64,000 bases of DNA from contig DF237091.1 of NCBI GenBank assembly GCA_000708835.1, forward strand, positions 111,095-175,094, given 5' to 3'. A model generated the notes under the pieces. It was not told the origin of the DNA. It saw nothing but the letters and a program-made list of their open reading frames with translations, and ran no database searches. Each line of letters starts with the position of its first letter. The stretch's first letter is position 1. The DNA comes from Klebsormidium nitens (taxonomy: Eukaryota > Plantae > Klebsormidiophyceae). This document shows, piece by piece, positions 1 through 13,600 of this stretch. The translations under genes were made by a program, and so were the position numbers.

Positions 1-174
1 CGGTGTAGGTACTCGATAGACTCGGTGCTGAAGGCTCAGTAGGGCTCAAATCAGCAAGAGTGCATGGCAGGTCTCCCGAGCAGACCCGCCCTTCGAGGCC
101 GCAAAGTGCTCAAGAAGTGGCAACGCTTGGCCCAAGTTTCGGCTGTTTTTCGGCTGTTTTCGGCCCCCAACCAA

Positions 175-223
175 CCACATCCCGACCACATCCCGACCAC
201 ATCCCGACCGCATCCCGACCGCA
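175..223. repeat. 11-bp tandem repeat (CCACATCCCGA, ~4.5 copies)
   Basis: Direct read: ccacatcccga x3, then ccgcatcccga and a partial ccgca. Confidence 0.9.
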
Positions 224-1784
224 ATTCGGCCTCCAGATCGGCAAAAACCTGCTGCCAAAACCCCGGGTTTCGGTAACAAATCTCTCAATTTTGGGCTGCA
301 AATCGGTCCCAATCGGCCGGAAATTTGCGCAGAAACCAGCCACCAATTGCCAGCAGATCGCTCCTGAGTTTCACCTGACGCTTCGCCCCTCCCCTCACAC
401 AGAGCTGAACACCTTCACGCCACGGCCCCAATTTGAGGCGAGCAATGTTCGACAGATTGGCAGAGAAATGCTGCCAAACAGTGGCAATCATGGCCGCAAA
501 AGCGCCGAAAACTGCCACCAAAACCCTCAGCCCAGCCACAAACAAATCCTATCCCCGTGAAACTCCCGTGAAACTTGCAAACAATGGCCTCCGCACTCTG
601 TTGCTTGCCTGGTCAAAACGGCCCCAAAAGGCTGCGATTCTGCTCTGAGGCGGCTGACATTGGGTGCAAGATCGAGCAAACAAACGTCGCAGATCAGCGA
701 AAGTCTGCTGCAATGTAGGGCACAAAAGCTCGCCTGACCGGACGCTTCCGGGTCTTAGCCGGGCACAAAGTCTGCTCCAAGGGAGCATGAATTATGGAGC
801 AAGAATTCTGTCCACAGGTGACCTCAAACCGCGTCAAAGTGGTCTGATACAGCTGCACTTCAGCCTCAATTCAGCCTCGCTTCAGCCCCAGAAGACGGAA
901 AACTTGTTCACAAATGATTCGCAAAACGTCTCAGGTTGTCAGGACTGGCCTCACTTTCGCTCCCACACGGGCTCCCCCTTTCCGGGTGCGGGACAAAGTG
1001 GTCCCTCAAATTGCCGCCTGTTCCGCCGGCCATTATCTTATTGCGCCGGTGGCAAAACCCTCACAATGTCTGCCAACTTGTCGGCGAAATGTGAAAAGGT
1101 TTGTGCTGGACCCGTCCCAAATTCAGCTCACAAGACGCCAAAGGGCTCCGAAATACAGAAACAATCTGCTCAGCCTTCAGCCCCAATTGCGCCCCAATCG
1201 CTTCAAAAGCACTGGAAATCGGGGCGCTTTCTGGACCCAACCAGGACTCGGAAGGCCTGCTCGTACCAGGGCGAAATTACGCAGAAAACGCTACCGTTTG
1301 CGCGCGCTTCAGCCAGCACTTGGCCACCAGATTGCCCCGGAGTTCAGTGCAAGATCAGCGTCATATTGGTCGTTGTTCAACCAAATTTGTTGCAGTCCCG
1401 CCTAGGATCGGCGCAGGCTCAGCCTGGGTTCAGATGCATTTCAGACGCAAGTCAGACGCACTTCAGACCGCGGGTTGAGATACAACGGGCTAAAATGCCC
1501 TGGATTTGGCCAGCAATCGGTGAGAAATTTGGTCTGCAACCAAACATTATCGGGGCACATGCACGCGCCATTACCGGAAAACCGGCCTCCCGATCCGGCC
1601 CATCCACGCGCAAAGCCCGACACAGTTTGGGTCCAAAAGAGGTGGGCGGGAGTCAGGAGCGCCCAAATGCAGGCGGCGTTCGTGCAGTGGAGACTCGAAT
1701 TTCGTCTATGGATCAGGGGGAGATCAGGGGGAAACGTTCAGGGACCTGGGCAAAAATCAGGCAAAAGTAAGGGGGAAATCAGGA

Positions 1785-1912
1785 GGACCAGGGCGGAGTT
1801 CAGGGGGAGTTCAGGTGGACATCAGGCGGCGTTGTCTCCAACTTCAGGCGGACATCAGGCGGCGTTCTTGCAACTTTCAGGCGGAGATCAGGCGGACTTT
1901 AGGCGGACTTCC
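1785..1912. repeat. Degenerate short-period repeat built on a CAGGCGG core
   Basis: Recurring aggcggagttc / aggtggacatc / aggcggacatc / aggcggagatc / aggcggacttt units. Confidence 0.7.
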
Positions 1913-2091
1913 GGCCCGCACTCTGCCTCAAAACGGCCCCCACATGGGCTCCACTTCAACTGCGAATGTCACGTCCAAAGCGTCCCTGCCTAGAAAGCTT
2001 GCACCAAGATGGTCGTCCCTGAAAACGCATTTGAGAGGTCTCGACTCTCATGGAGCCTGGAAGGGCGGGGAACAGCGGCTGATGCCACCCA

Positions 2092-2512
2092 GAAGGCCGG
2101 GGAACCAGTAAGCCAAAGCTCCAAAAGGCCGGGGAATAAGGGCGGGGACCGGGAAGCGATAGCTCCAAAAAGCCGGGGAACAAGGCCGGGGAACATGAGC
2201 CAAAGCTCAAAAGGCCGGGGAACAAGGCCGGGGAACAGTAAGCCAACGCTTTAGAAGGCCAGGGAACAAGACCGGAAACCAGTAAGCCAAAGCTTTAGAA
2301 GGCCGGGGAACAAGCCGGGGAACAGTGAGCAAACACTCCAAAAGGCCGGGGAACAAGGTCGGGGAACCAGTAAACCATAGCCTCAAAAGCCCGGGGAACA
2401 AGGCCAGAGAACGGTAGGCCAAAGCGCAAAAAGGCCGGGGAGCGAGGCCGGGGAATAGTAAGTCAAGGCCGCGGAACAGCAAGCCAATAACGCCAAAAGG
2501 CCGGGGAACGAG
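2092..2512. repeat. Degenerate minisatellite, ~45-47-bp unit, about 9 copies
   Basis: Unit approximates (AAGGCCGGGGAAC)2-AGTAAGCCAAAGCTCCA, repeated with substitutions and indels. Confidence 0.85.
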
Positions 2513-4099
2513 GGAAGACAGAGGAAATTTGTTGCCCAGAAGGGCCGGAGAATGGCGGAAAAATGTAGACCGCGGGCCCGGCAGATGGAGTAGAACAGTG
2601 GAAAAGTGCGGACAAGATGAGCAACAGAACTGCAACATCACGGCAAAATTTTGCCTCCTAAAAATTTTGCCTTCAAATGGTCATGGAAGTGTGCAAACGA
2701 GCGGAGCAGAAACGGCCGTTAAATGGGCGAAAGCAATGCTGGAAACTTTGTCGCCAACGTGCAAGAAGAGAAGGAAACCCCCGAATCATCGGCTACCAGA
2801 ACTAGAAACCAGCCCGAGTTTTCCCTCTGGGCATGGTTAGATTCTTCCCCGAAAGCAGAAAGGGAACAACCGTCAGACCCCCTGGTTCCTTCCGGATTGT
2901 CCAAAATTTCACCTCAAAACCACCGGGCCATGTCCCCAGATGGGCCAAAAAGCAGCCGTCAAACCCCGTGAACTCCTGCCCTATCCGCCCTGGATTTCCA
3001 CCAGAATCCACCGCCAATGTCCGCCATTTCCCCTGACATCCACCAGGAATGTCCGCAATTCCCCGGCCAGATGCAGAAGAAAACAGCGGTTAGAACCCGT
3101 GGATCCTGTCCAATTCTGCCTTAGGATCTCCCCCTGAAGCCACCGGCAATGCCCAACATCCATCCCAAGATGCAGAACAAAACAGCCGTGAAAGCATCCT
3201 TTCTCTGAGGCCTTGCAAGGGCGAAAGTGCTGATTGACATTGATACAAACACTAAGACAAACATGCAACGAAACCACAGACTTCAGCAACCGAACGAAGG
3301 CCGAACTGACTTGAAAGAATCTGCAGCATATCGGCGCTGGCCACGCAACCGTGGGAAACTGGTGTCCTCGAACAATGGACAAAACCCGGAAAGTGCCGAG
3401 CTTTCTGCTAGAATAGGCATAATCGTCACTGACAGTCAGAATGTGCTAAGTGGAACCAGATGGAGGCGAACAAAGTCAGAATAAAGGCGGTCGTCAACAG
3501 GCAGGGTTAGGCGCACGGGTCAGCATCAAAACGCTCTGGCCAAATCGTTGCAGACCGACTTGGAGAGATGTGGATGCACAAAAAACTTGGCGTGGCCGAG
3601 AAACGAACCTTGGATCAACAAAGCTCAAAAAGGTCTGTGGTTGAATCCTCTGTTCTCAGCAATCAAATTTCGTTTTATTCGAAAGACAAGCTGCTTTGTT
3701 CTAGAACCGCTGCAGCATTCAGCAACGTAGAGTGCACAGCAAGGCGCGGGACTGCCAAAGGCGGGACTTCAAGGTAAGTAATGCATACGACAGATCGCCT
3801 ACATATTAAGGACACCGAAATTGGGTTCTCGTGTATCCACAGCTACCTAACTCCGAGCTTGTACATGTCAAAAGCACAAGCCAAGCATGCCGGAATCAGA
3901 CTTTCTATGTATGCTTTGCACCAGAAGGATTTGTAGGGCGATGCCATCAACTGATTGAACACACCATTCACACAAACACTCAGAAAAGCAGAGAAGACGT
4001 CTTTAAAACGAACTCCCGCTCCGAATTTGTTACCGGCGCAGATCCGTCACAAACGCAAGTAGAAGCAAGCAATAACACGTCAGCTCTTGGTTCCGCTAG

Positions 4100-4600
4100 A
4101 ATCAGCCAGTCCACCTGCTTGTAGATTTTCCGTTTCCTTGAAGCACCGGACAGTTCGACCCCAGAACTGACCCACGGCTCGGTAGATAACAGCGGTTTGC
4201 GCGGAATCTGTCACGGAGTTTGCGAGCGGAGCACTTTCTGTGCACTATAAACCGGTGCGACACCCGTGCACGATTTAGTGACGTCACCAGCAAAACGTTA
4301 GTTCTCAGCCCGTCGAATCCCGATGAACCGAAGTTGATGGTTCCGATCGGCGCTACCGGCGCTTATGACGTCACTGATCGTGCAAGACAAGGCTGCTCCG
4401 ATACCGTGCACACCAATTCGATCATCAGCGACTCCGTGACACGTTTCACGTACATGGCCGTATCCCGTCTCCTGGAAGCACCGGAACACTAAACCCCCGG
4501 GGCTACCAGAGAACTGACCCACCTGCTCGGTAGATTTTCCCGTCTCTGGAAGCACCCAGGATTTCGACTTAGAGAATCGACCCACCTGCTCGGTAGCAAT
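4100..4600 (-). repeat. Decayed tandem copies of a GTF3C1 exon end plus 5' splice site
   Basis: TACCGAGCAG|GTGGGTC at the functional donor (GT 4585-4584) recurs at 4522, at 4175 (GAGCC|GTGGGTC) and at 4114 (AAGCAG|GTGGAC), with shared flanks such as ctggaagcacc and agaactgaccc. Confidence 0.8.
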
Positions 4601-7600
4601 CCCCGTGTCCTTGGCAATCTTCTCCACCTCTTCCGCGCTCAGCTCTTTTTCCGCCGGAATCCGCCGCCCGAGCTCGATCCGCTGCCCCGGGGTCAGCTCG
4701 TGCCGCGTCGCCCAAACCCGTCCGACGATTTCGGACGCTACAACTCCAGGGAACGCGGCCCGGGCGTCCTCTTTTCTCAGCCCGCTGAAGCAGGCTTCGA
4801 GGCGATCCCAGTAAGACAGGACGTCGGACTCGTCGGATGTATTGAAGGAGTGGACAACCGGGCCGCCGTCTGCGGGGAAGAAGTGGTCGGGGCAGCGTTT
4901 CAGCAGTATGACGTGTTGTATATGAGGATTTAGACAGCACTTTCTCGAAGAGAGGAGCAGGGGCAAAAGTGGCTGGGAGTGGTTTTGCACTAAACGTTGA
5001 TCGAGATGCTACTGATCACATGTGTAACCCGCAGGTTTGGAGCCCTCCTAAACATCGGGTGCCCGACTCCTCACGCTAAAACGTCTTTTAGCAGACAGGA
5101 AAGCCCTCGCTAGAGAGATGAGGTAGAGAACTTTTCTTCAGAAAACAAAATGAAGACTATATCGGGAAATTGACCAACCATCAGATGCTTCTGGAAGTAT
5201 TGCAAGAAGGGAATTGTCTATCCTTGTTTTGAAGAAGCAGAGACTAGGAACAAAAGTCGTCAACAGATGAAGCAAGAAGACGTGCAGACTGAGTAAGCGG
5301 TTATGATTTCACAGCCGAAATCGAAGGCAACAGGAAGTGGAACCCCACAAAGCCCATCGTCAGATCCTGACCTTTTTCTGAATACTCAAGCTACGCTCGA
5401 AATCTTGTAAGACATTGTCCCGAGTCAGGTTTCCATGCAGGATCCGAACACAGATTTCGAGCCCAGTTGTCAGGTTTGAGTCATCATCACTCGTTCCAAG
5501 AAGGGTTGTTTCACCTACGGACTAAGCACGAACTCAAGTTTGGTGTAAAAGCGAGACAACCCCCTATGTGCAACCGATGTTTATGAAGCGCACTTGCCAG
5601 TTTTATTAAAAACGATTTTATGAACACGCTTGAACTTCTAATTTGATCTAACTGCTTCCACCCTATTTTCCGTCTTCTTACCTGCAATACAAGCGTTTCT
5701 TCTGATCTGCCGCAATAGTTCGTGCGAGTGCCCCTAACCGTGGATGCCTATCTGGCTTCCTCAATGAATTCGAATCCCCACTTTGAGACTGGGTCCGAGA
5801 CTGAGCTGTGGGCTTGCAGATTAGGCAAGGTCTGAAAGCGAAGATAAAGTCCGAAAAAACAAACCTGCGGGCTCCTCAAAGTAGATGGTGTCATTCAGCT
5901 TGTACAGAGCCCCCAGCTTCTTCAGCCCAAGAGACGGACCGCCGTTTCCGACTTCACTGGTTTCGAGAGTCTTAGGGGTCACCAACTGTAAAGAAAGGGA
6001 GTTGGAGAATCAAAAAAGCTGCAATCAGGTATTAAATGGTATGTTTTGCTTCTTTTTGAAAGATATAGGTGTGAACCTGAGAACTTGAGAAGGCCACTGG
6101 TAGGGCCCAGGTTCACAACAAACGTCTGTGGAATTCGAACGTTCAGAAAGGCCCTTACTAATACGGTGAAGAGTACAGTCAACCCAGAGGATGAAAGCCA
6201 GTAAGAAAGCCAGGAAGAAGGATAAATAGAAGGCACACAAGTATAATCTGAAGGACCATTTGACCATAGAGAACAACGAAGAGCCAGATAACGAACCCTG
6301 CCCTTTTCCCGCCACTCACGGTGCCACTTTCCGGAGGCAAGCAAACCTTCAAACCTTCTTGGTTTCTTCGGATGCACATCTGCCTTCTCCTTCCACGTAC
6401 TCACAAACCAGCCTTTCTCCCAAGCACTGTTCTTCCGGCTCTCCTCGGAGTTAAGCACTCCCCCCAATCCCTCTTATCCAATCACATCCGAGCAGTCTGC
6501 CCCTCCCCCGGGCACTCTGCCCTCTTCCCCCGGGCACTCCACCACTTCCCCCGCGCACTCAACCACTTCCCCCGAGCACTCAACCACTTCCCCTAGTCAC
6601 TCACATCCATTCTGCGCAATCTCTGCCCCTTCCCCTGAGCATCTCATGGGTCACTAAATCACTCATAATAAGCTGAACTTACAATGAGCTCAAGTTCTAG
6701 TCTTGGAACGGGTAGGATTAGAAAGGGAGTTTAAGGTGGGCGGAGCAGGTAAGGCCAGCAAGTGGCCGGAAATGGCCGGAAATGGCCGGAAATGGCCGAC
6801 CCTTCTTCAAAAGAGCTCAAAGGGGGGAGAGAGGCTAATGTTAGGGTTCGGTCTTAGCTTCGTTCATACTATCAATTAAGCTTATGACGATTGTCCCAAA
6901 GAGATTTTGAGCACTCCGCCACTTTGCCCAAGCACTCACATCCATCCTGCGCATCATGTCGACCGTGTTGGCCAGGCGCGTCATCGCCTGCGGACCCAGG
7001 ATCTCCGTCCGCAGCTCGTCCGGCGTGCAGTCCCTAACCCGGGCGCCGTTTTGGGTTAGCTCGTTAACCCGCTCCAAAGGCAGCGCGGAACCCACGATCT
7101 TGATGTAAAGTTCGACGGGCATGTCCCGCATGATCTCCAAAATGTTGATCCACTGGTCACCCTACAAACAAGCAAATTATTTGTTTGGAAACCGAAAATT
7201 TGGATTCAACAAGAAAAGTGTTGTAAGGATAAAAAGTGGGCGGATCGGACTTCTCCTGTCAGCCTCTTGGTCTCAGAATCTTCTTCGCGCTTCACAAAAG
7301 AAGATCCTAATCCATAAAGCCTAAAAAAAAGTGGTCAGAAGAAATTAGTCGCGTCAGGTCTCTCGTATTCCTGCAAGAATTGTCACGACGGATCGTGAAA
7401 TGTCACGACCAACGTTATTCTGCGGTGTGCTTCTAAGTTCGTTCACTCACAACTGAACTCCTTCCGTTCTCCCGGCACCTACATCAACTACCCAACCTCG
7501 TCACGTGGACTGAGTATGCACCTGCCAGAGGCAGAGAATTGGACTTTCGCATCGCTTTGGACTCTACATGTGGCGACGTTTTGGAACCGCAAGAATATTG

Positions 7601-10600
7601 AACCAGCTTTGAAGGAAGATCGACTTACTCGGTTTCCGTTGTCCCCCGCCACCATTGGGTTTGAGTTCTCATCCCGTTGCACGCGTTCGACTGCCGCCGC
7701 AACCGCTCCTTTCAGAAGAGCCTCCCCCGCAGAAGCAGCCCTAAGGGCCTGTAAGAATGAAGTGACGGTTGGGTTCTTGAGTGACACAGCCATTTGGCTG
7801 ACGTCAGAGCTAACATCAAGCTGAAGCAGCGCGGCAAGCAGTTGAATAGGTTCAGTGAGGTTAGGATTGAAGCACGATTGACACGAACTTGGCGACTCGG
7901 AAGCAACGTCTATTTAAGAACGTCGGAAGAAAACCTCAGAAAAATCACGCATAAAGTCTCTTGTTGAACGATCGAACGGCCATTTTGTACCGAAGCCTAA
8001 AAGAGAATCCAAGACAGAAGAGGACGGGATGTTGGATCCCTTGAAGCGAAGATTGACACAAGTTTCAACGGAACCGAGGATTTCCAAGCTCAATAGCCAA
8101 GAAAAGAGAATTCCAAACAGTACGCAATTTTGGCACGAGACTACCAAGAACACTCGATACCGCAAAGTAAAGCATTACCAGCCTCGCAACAGCAAGCAAG
8201 CTCAGTCTTTCCCGCAAGGCTTGACAATCAACTTCCACGCGGAACCGAACACTTACCGCCGCGCCGGATGCCCCCCCGGCAACCACCTTGAACCGCAGGT
8301 ACTTTTCCAGCGCCGACTCCTGCTCCGCCTTCGCGCCTTCCACCAGTTTCTTAACCCTCTCCACAACTTCTTGCGCCGCCCCTAAACCTTCGCCAAAAGC
8401 CGCACGGGGATCCTTAACCGAGGGCCTCATTCCCCGAACCTTCCCGGCCCACACTCCTGAGCTGCTCGGAGGAACGACATTTGAAGGTCCCGGTTTAGAG
8501 GATTTTCCTGCCCGGCCCCCAGGGCGTTCCCCCGACCCGCTGACGTCATCCAATTCCGAAACGCCTCCTTCCGCGACTCGGGCCCGTGAGTCGCCGCCAA
8601 TCTCAGGACCCGCTGCCGCTCCCAAAGCGTCGCCACCTTGACCAAGGAGGTCCGGAAACATGCCGACGTCAGCATCTACGTCTGCCACGTCAGCCGGGGC
8701 TGGCTGCCCCTGACGAGGGCCTGTTGCTCCGGCCGCAAATTCTAGAGCTGGCGCATCTCCGCCGAAAACGGCGCCTCCGATGCTGACGTTACCGCCCAGT
8801 GCGGCCCGCGCCAGGCTCTCCCGGATGCTCTGCAGCGTCTCGTACACGTCCGGGCGGCAGATCCGCCCCACCGGCCGATCGAAGTCACGTGCCCGCTTGG
8901 TGACGTCAGCAGCGCCTTGGGATTGCCGTTGCTCAGTGCCCGGAACTTCGCTGGCAGTCTCTCGATCCTCCGCTGGGGTCCCTGCCTCTCCTTCGACTGC
9001 CGGTTCGTTTGCTTCCCCGTCACTAATGGGCTCCGTTCCCGTTTCCAAACCGACGGCTCTTCCATCGGCCACCGCTTCGGTCTTGTTCGCAGCAGGATCC
9101 ATTGCGGCCGTCACTGGAGAACCGAAAACGTGTTGCCAAAGATACAAGTGCAGCGCGCGCGCCCGGAGCGCTTTCGAGTACAAGTACCCGTTGTGCTTCA
9201 TCGCGTTCTGCATGTCCAGGTTCTTCTCCGCCGCCTCTCGTTTCCGCTGATGCAGCGCCTTGTAGTTTTCCAGACGCTCCACCGTCACCGTTGCCGGGGC
9301 CGTTACCGCCTTCTTCGTCTGGAACCCGGTTTGGCGGCTGATGCGCTCGACTCCCCGGGCTGTCTTACCAATAAAATCGGCGAATTCTTGGTCGGGCTCG
9401 AAGTCCCCGGGGATAACGACCTCTACCGGTCTGCTTTTCGAGGGATCCCCCGCGTCTGGGACGGTTATCAGGACGCCCTTGACGAGGCCCTCGGTTTGGA
9501 GGTCGGTTAGCGTGCGGGTTACGAGCTTGAAATCGAGCGGCTTGTCGCGCCCCATCTCGAGGGCGAGCCACCGGCTGAGGGTGCTGCGGATGATGAACTT
9601 GTCCTTCTGCGGTTGAGAAAAGAGGAGATGATGATGCGGTTTTCAAAAAAGGACTCGATTGGAATGATCAGCGTGTTGGCAGAATCTGAAATTGCGTAGC
9701 AGTTTCAAGCCATCCCGAATCCTTTGCCGTTTCGGCGAAATCGGACAACATTGAACGCCTGTAGCTTGGCAATAGCAAGGGTTTCGACACTGAAGGCAAC
9801 GTTATGGAAGAAAGTGGTGAAGACATCGTCCACATGGCATATTGCGTTTGAGGACTCAGAACCAGCTTCCGTTCATCATCTGGCCCTTGGAAAGAGAGCG
9901 GCAAGCCATCTACTCAGGTCAGAAGAACCGTCACACCTTAGACTGCCATACTGGTCGTAATCGCTGTACTCTGTTTTTTTATAATTGCAGGCGACTTGAA
10001 TCGAAGCGAGACGTGCTCGACAAAAAGGGTGCAATCTGCACAAACCCAACGCCGAACTCTGTGCCAGCTATGAACCTCCAAATGCTTGTGGCAAAGTGAC
10101 CCCCTCGCTGTAGCTGTTGCTCATTCCTTGCAGACAGAGTGCGCCAGCAGCACTGTGGGGAGCACTGGAAGCTTCGTTTTTACCAACGGATCAGAGCAGA
10201 CAAACACGAAATCGGAAAGGCTCTCCGTTCGTCACCTCAAGCTTCTTCATAATCAGCTCCTGCCGCACGCGCGCGTCGCTGGTCACCATTTTGGACGTCC
10301 GCCGGAAGCGGCTCACGTGCGGGCCCTGTCCGAGCCCCTCCTGCTCCGCGCCCTGGTAAACAACCAGCGCCGTATCGCGAGCTCCTTCACTCACAGGGCC
10401 TTTCGCCGAGCTTTCCCCCTGGCCGCCACGTGTCCCCTCCTCTTGCTCGCCACGCGTTTGCTCCTCCGTTCTCCCAACTTCGGCTCCCTCCATCTTCTCA
10501 TCGTCCATCCCCCTCGTTTCCGCTTCCGGGGGCGTCTCCGCCCGCGTCTCTCTACCCCCCCGCACGCTCTTCTCCGCTTCAGGGGGCTCCTGCGTCTGCT

Positions 10601-13600
10601 TCTCCGGCGCCCCCGGAAAGTTCCCTGCCGTCCACAGACGATAAAGCACCGCTTTTTTGAGCGTCTCCGCGTGCTGGACGATGCTTCCGCTCTCGATCAG
10701 AGTGGTCGACCATTGCGTGTTGTTCTTCCGGTTGAGGTGCAATCGTTTCCATAAGTGGTTGGAGCGAATGCCCTCCCGCCCAGCATCGCGTACGCACTCG
10801 TAAATCTGTTGGTCGACCGGCACGTCGAGGACGACGCCCTCGGGGCCCTCTTCTTCTTCCATCTCGTCCTGCAAGAGGAGTATTCATAGTCCTTAATCTT
10901 TCTAAGATGGCCCCAATTGAAAAATATAAATCAACTAGAATCACGAGAACTCTGGAAAGTATGCTCAATCGACCGGCACGTCGAGGACGACGCTCTCGAG
11001 GCCCTCCTCGTCTTCCATCTCGACCTGCAAGACAATTTTCTGTATAGCTTTTGAGTTCTCGACCCGCAATTTTGCTCGCTGTCTGTATTGTGGAGTATTA
11101 AAACTGATGGCATAACGAACGCCCTGTGACACCGTTTCGACCGGCACGTCGAGGACGACGCCTTTGGGGCCCTCCTCTTCTTCCATCTCATCCTGCATGA
11201 GGAAATCTCCATTAGACTTAAGTTTCTCCGAACTCACTATCTTTTCTACGGACCTACATCGACTTGAATGACGGACACACTGGTAGAGCTTGTGTCGACC
11301 GACACGTCGAGGACGACGCCCTCCTTTTCCTCTTCTTGTCCTGCAAGCATATGATGCAAGTTCGTAAATCTGAAATCACCCGCAAGCTCAGACTGCTGTT
11401 GGGATAGAAGGGTCCTGAATCGACGGCGGCCGCGCTCGTAGCTGTGATGGTCGATGAGTGAGTCGAGAACGACGCCTTTGGGACTCTGCTGCTTTTCCAC
11501 TTCATCCTGCAAGAGGCGCTCTAGTGTGCATCCATTTTCTGAACGGTCAAGATTGTAAACGGGAAGCAATCCGCGGTCTGCAACGAGAGGCTTTGTCACA
11601 ACGCCCTCCTCTTCCATCTCGCCTCGCAACTGTTCCCAGTGCCCTACGATGTTGACAGAAGGGGCGACAGCAGATCCGGTGGCAACAATCAAGGCCACAT
11701 TCTAAACAAGAAAAGGGAGGGGCGAAGCGGTATATTTAAAGCATGACAAAATGAGAGAGCGTTTAGACCCATTGTTGGTGTTTCAACCCGTCGCAGACCC
11801 CTGATATACGTCTCGAGCATGCGGAAGTGCGAACAACACAGCGAACGATTAGCGCGCACAAACCGAGACTTTCGTCCGGCGGCTTCAGGAACCCCGACTC
11901 TACGATGTCCACATACTAAAGTAAAATTCCAATAACGAGCTGTAGTTTCAGTTGGCCAACCTCCGCTTGGGGCTCAAACATCACCCAAAGGAGGAATCAG
12001 GAACTTTAAGAGGCCTATTTTTATTTTTTCATGAAAAACCGTCCTTTCAAGTTTCAACCTTTAAGACACCGGCCGGCACGGGTGTGGCGAGAGCTTGACT
12101 CAGCGTATTGCAGAGTAGCAAAGCAGTGTAGTTCACAGCTGACCTAAGCATGCAAAAACCCATCCGATTCGAAACCAGCTTGCCATGATCCCCCAGTCAA
12201 CAAGATCCTCACAATCGTTGTACGAAGTCCTCTGTGACAGATGCGAAGCTAGCTGACTTTGTGGCTCACAAGTCCTTCAAACTTATATTTCTGATTCAAC
12301 CCTAAACGCTCACCTCCGGCTGCGGCTCGGCAGCCTCGTGGAAGCCCCTCTTGAGCTGCAGGCACGCCTTGGCGCGCCCGTTCACCTCCGCCTGGAACTG
12401 CCGCACGAGGCCCTCCGCCTCCAGCCGCCGCACGAGCGCGCGCCACTCGCGCTTGTTTGTGTACCCCATGCTCGCGCGCAGCTCCGGCTCTACGAGAACG
12501 CCGCCCCGCGCGGCGCCGAGGACCCCGCAGATGTCCTCCAGCTGGCGTGTCAGGTCGACGAACTCGAACTCGTGTTCGGACGGTCCGGGACCATCTTCAG
12601 ACGCTCCTGCGCCGGCTTTGGACGCCCCAGCTGCTTGGTTGAGGTGTTCGGACGGCCCTTCTCGCGGTTCGGACGGCCCTGCGCCTGATTCGGACGGTCT
12701 CCCGGGGGCTGACGCTTCCCCTGGGTACGTCAGCTGCTTCTGGCCCCGTTTCGTGTCGCTTGGGCCCGTCCGAAAGTGCGTCCGGTGGTCGATGTTCACA
12801 GACCGTCCGAAGCGCATGAGGTGGACCAGGTTTGTAGGTGCAGGGAAGCTGCCTGCGGCAGCGTGGAAAAGGACTTGGCGCCGCGTGATGAGGCCACGTG
12901 TCTCCAGCTGGCGTAGGTGGTAAAAGTAGTTGGTCGGCGCGATGCCGAAGCTGCGGGCGAGGTCGGTCTGGAGAGCGCCTCGCTCCCTGGAACGGACAGG
13001 TTTGCAACCGTGGAGTTATTCCTCAGTATGGTAGCGAAGACCGCCGTATCGAAGCGAAGACCCTCAGGGTGTTCGGACGTTTGAAAAGCTGGGACGCTAG
13101 TTTCTCGAACGGTCTTCACACAGAGCGAAAAGGTGAGATGGGAGTTTGTTGAAGAGCTTGACAACATATCTGGTCAAGAAAGATCCGCCACTGGGACTGG
13201 ATCGGCTCAAGGGGATTAGAAGCCATTTGAAGAGGGCATGACTTTTGAAGCAAGAGCCTCCTAATTCGTCGTTGGCAGCCTTCAGTATCTTTAGTTGTCT
13301 GGGTCAGCCGGCCTGACTGCAGAGCGAGATTAAGAGGGACCATGATCAGATCTCAAAGTCAACTCAAGACAGTCACGGCGGAATTGATCAGATTTATCTT
13401 CTGATGACGACTCTATATAGTGGTCAGAGCATTTGATGTCAAGAGAGTGAATTGTTTGTCCTCACCTCGACTGCCCAATCCTGACGAGCGACTCATACTG
13501 CACCGCACTGAGTTCGTACCCAGAGAGCACCCTCTCATACAGCCCCAACGCACTCTCCCGCAGCCTCAGCGACGCCTGCACGCGCACTGAGCCCCCCCCC

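Noticed and set aside
664-1770. 368-aa plus-strand ORF
   Set aside because: No recognisable motif, S/P/A/R/Q-rich composition, lies within the repeat mosaic antisense to the expected GTF3C1 intron, and has no supporting gene structure. Needs RNA evidence.
2092-2512. CRISPR-like array
   Set aside because: Units are degenerate along their whole length with no unique spacers, there are no cas genes, and the context is eukaryotic.
4600-4720. Homeodomain-like stretch (HELTPGQRIEL..EVEKIAKDTGIATEQV)
   Set aside because: It is a conserved internal block of plant-type GTF3C1 and splices in phase with the other GTF3C1 exons, so it is not a separate homeobox gene.
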